Of a stretch of 64,000 bases of DNA, positions 60,148 through 64,000 are shown piece after piece. Source of the stretch: the human T2T-CHM13v2.0 reference genome, Homo sapiens. Positions within the stretch are counted from its first letter, which is position 1. Each line of letters begins with the position of its first letter. The position numbers were made by a program, and so were the translations under genes. The DNA is taken from NCBI RefSeq assembly GCF_009914755.1, contig NC_060932.1; one strand, given 5' to 3'. A model generated the notes under the pieces. The model worked only from the letters and a program-made list of their open reading frames with translations, ran no database searches and had not been told where the DNA came from.

Positions 60148-60907
60148 TTATAAAAATTCTAGGATGAAACATGGAGAAATCTAGATGATCATGGATTTGG
60201 TGAAGAGTTTTTAGGAAAAACATAAAAAGCATAATCCAAGAGAGAAATAATTGATATGCTATACTTTATTAAAATTAATAACTTCTGCTCTGATAAGAAA
60301 ATGAAAAGAAAATCCATAGACTGGAAGAAAATATTTATAAAATAAATATTTGCTAAAGGACTTGTATCCAAAATACATAAAGAACTCTTAAAATTCAACA
60401 ATAATTTTAAACACCTCAGTTAGTTGTAGCTAAAAAATTTGAATAGATATCTCACCAAAGATAAACATATGAAAACATTGTCAACACCATTTGTCATTAG
60501 GAAATTGTACATTAAAACAATGAGATACCACTGCACGCCTGTTAGAATGGTAAAAATCCCAAAAATGACAACATTAAATACTGGCAAAAATGCAGAGCAG
60601 AGCAAAGAAACTCTCATTTATTGCTGGTGGGAATGCAAAATGGTACAGCTACTTTGGAAGACATTTTGGCAGTTTCTTACAAAAACAAACATAGTCTTAT
60701 CATGCAATTCAGCACTCACACTTCTAGGTATTTGCCCACATGAATTGAAAACTTATGTCTGCACAAAAACCTGCACATGAATGTTTTAGCAGTTTTATTG
60801 ATAATTATCAAAAACTAGAAGCAGCCAAGATATTATTTTATAGGTGAACAGATGTCTTGTGATATATCCATGTGAGGCAACATTCAGTGATTTTAAAAAA
60901 CTGAGCT

Positions 60908-61202
60908 GGCGGGGTGAGGTGGCTCACACCTGTAATCCCAGCACTTTGGGAGGCTGAGGCAGGTGGATCAATGAGGTCAGGAGATTGAGACCACCCTGGC
61001 TAACACAATGAAACCCCGCCTCTACTAAAAATACAAAAAATTAGCTGGGCGTGGTGGTGGGCGCCTGTGGTCCCAGCTACTCAGGAGGCTGAGGCAGGAG
61101 AATGGCGTGAACCCAGGAGACGGAGCTTGCAGTGAGCCGAGATTGCGCCACTGCACTCCAGCCTGGGCATCAGAGCGAGACTCTGTCTCAAAAAACAAAA
61201 CA
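60908..61202 (+). mobile_element. Alu (AluY-like)
   Basis: Y-type positions (GGCTAACAC, GAATGGCGTGAACCC, GGAGCTTGCAG); TSD AAAAAACTGAGCT. Confidence 0.95.
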
Positions 61203-62216
61203 AAAAAACTGAGCTATCAAATCACAAAAAGACATAGATGAACCATAAATACATAGGACTAAGTGAAAGAAGGCAGTCTGAAAAGGCTATCTACTGTATA
61301 ATTCAATTATTATGACATTCTGTAAAAAGCAAAACTATGGAGACAAAACTAAATAAAAGGATAAGGTGTAAACACCTGGGGTTCAGGGAGATAGAGACAG
61401 AGTTGAATAGGTGAAACACAGGATTTTTAGGGCAATGGAACTGTTCTGTATGCTACTGTAATTGTGGATACATGACACTAAGCATTTGTAAGAACTCACA
61501 GAATTTTACTACACAAAGAATAAACTTCAATGTATACACATTTTTTAAATCAAATAATTTAACAGGTTAGAGGATCCCTGGAAGGAATGCAGACTGTCAT
61601 AAGAGACTGTAACTGTATTATAAATTTATGAAACAATTTCATGAAAAGGGAGGAGAAATGTTGCTAACCTAGCTAGCTTTAGAAGTGTCTGTAAATTTAA
61701 AGGCAAAATAAATTGCATATAAACACTGTACTCTAGCTGATAAAGTTGTTTTCCACAGTAGTATAGGTTAACAATTCTGATGCTGCTATGCATGTAAACT
61801 GGAATTGAACAATTAAGAAAATGTATGATGAATGATAAGAGCCATGTTTCTCATTTTTAAAGCAGAAATTTACAAATAATAAGGGGAGAAAAAAGAGTTG
61901 GACACATCAGTATGAACTCTTGTTTAGCTTAATATAGGCCATACAGTTACATATAGAAATACCTATGGATACATGTATATAAAAGGGTTAGTATATACAC
62001 ACACATTTCCTGCTCTGTCAGCTAAGAGAACCTACAAGCAACAACACCACGGTAGCAATGAGCACACCTAGCACCCAGATTTGGTTTCTAATGCCATTCT
62101 CCAATAGAGGGAACCAGGGTTCCTTGGGAAAACGGTGGATTCTAGGACTAAGGCAGGAAATCTACAGGTTGATCCTGGAACATCTTTTTCATGCCGGAAA
62201 ATAAAGAAGTGCTCAG

Positions 62217-62220
<4 letters not shown>

Positions 62221-62255
<35 letters not shown>
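62221..62255. repeat. (CA)n microsatellite
   Basis: Direct observation. Confidence 0.98.
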
Positions 62256-62257
<2 letters not shown>

Positions 62258-62760
62258 TAATGAGAGTATGTCAAAGAGCCATGGAAGTCAACTAAAAGAG
62301 CTCTCAGTGGCGAAAGATGGAAAAGTCTGAACAGTAAAGTGAAGAAAGTAGTATTGGATTATAACAAAGTACAAAATAAACATCCATGAGCCCATACTGA
62401 TATAAACAGATGATTGAATAAATAAATAGATGGAGGAGATAAGACAAACCTCCCATATATAAAAATTTCAAATAATTACATAAATACACCAACCTCTAAG
62501 AGGGGAAATTTCAATCCCCACTCCTTAAGTGTGGCTTATGCATAGGGGCTTCCTTCCAAATAGGATAGTATGGAGAAGGGGGGAAAGGATTAATTTTATA
62601 GTTGAGAAATCTGACAAACACAGCCTTGAGCAGAGTTATCAAGGTCAACATCAACAGTAATAAATCACTTAATAATGATGTACCCTCGATAAGATGTGAT
62701 GAGAATGTCACTTTACCTTTGTGGTCTTCCTCCCCCGAAATCATAACCTCAGTCTAATCA

Positions 62761-63080
<320 letters not shown>

Positions 63081-63722
63081 CAGACAAATTCCAAAAGAAA
63101 GACAACCTATGATATATCTGACCTGTACTCCTGAAAACAAAAACAAGGAAGGTCTGAGAAACTGTCACAGCCCAAAGGTGTCTGAGGAGACATGACAACT
63201 AAATGCAATGAATCACATGAGAAGAGATCATGGAACAGAAAAAGGATAGAAGACAAAAACTAAGAAATTGTGAATAAAATATAGACCTCAGCTAATAATC
63301 ATGTATTAACATTGATTCAATAATTAACAAATGTACCATACTAATGAAAGGTGTTACCGACAGGAAAACTGGGTACAGGCAGATGGGATCTCTACTAGCC
63401 GCAATTTTTCCATTAATCTATAACTGTTCTAAAAGTCCATTTTAAAATATATCTATGTTACCACTTCACTTTCACCTTCTAAACATCACACAAAATGTTG
63501 CTTTTGGCCAACACCAATCTGAAACTCTACAGGAAACAGAATTCTGAGAAGTAAAGCTTCAGCTGAGCTAAGTTGATGTGGTATAAAAGCCGCCACAGGT
63601 GCTTTGCTGTTCTATGTGGATCTATGTTTAATTTCATAAGTATATTGTTTAGCTATTTAAAGACTGGGAGGTTGTCCTAGGCTTTCAAGTCACATCAGAC
63701 ACTCATTACACTACTGTGTATT

Positions 63723-64000
<278 letters not shown>

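Overview
Primate, most likely human, genomic DNA that is repeat-rich and has no recognisable cellular protein-coding gene, RNA gene or CRISPR array. The left ~19 kb is GC-richer, with Alu/MIR/L2/LTR insertions, a ~520-bp GGAT/GGGT microsatellite and several non-repetitive enhancer-like blocks. At 19.4-31.4 kb lies a minus-strand MER31-type (ERV1) proviral relic with two LTRs, a polypurine tract (PPT) and a decayed primer-binding site (PBS). Nested inside it are a solo LTR9, Alu/FAM copies and a full-length, inactivated ~6.1-kb L1PA (about PA4-PA6) whose 5' UTR still has an open ORF0-like antisense frame. 32.5-34 kb is a unique, relatively CpG-rich, regulatory-looking island. 35-64 kb is AT-rich debris of old, mostly plus-strand L1M elements with Alus, MaLR LTRs and DNA-transposon MITEs. 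Most listed ORFs are repeat-derived and the rest show no coding signal. I found no support for a new biological system. The best leads are the ORF0-like frame, a local Alu-plus-flank duplication, several repair or insertion scars, candidate enhancers and one unexplained 3'-UTR-like segment. Subfamily names come from recalled consensus sequences, and boundaries without a target-site duplication (TSD) are approximate.
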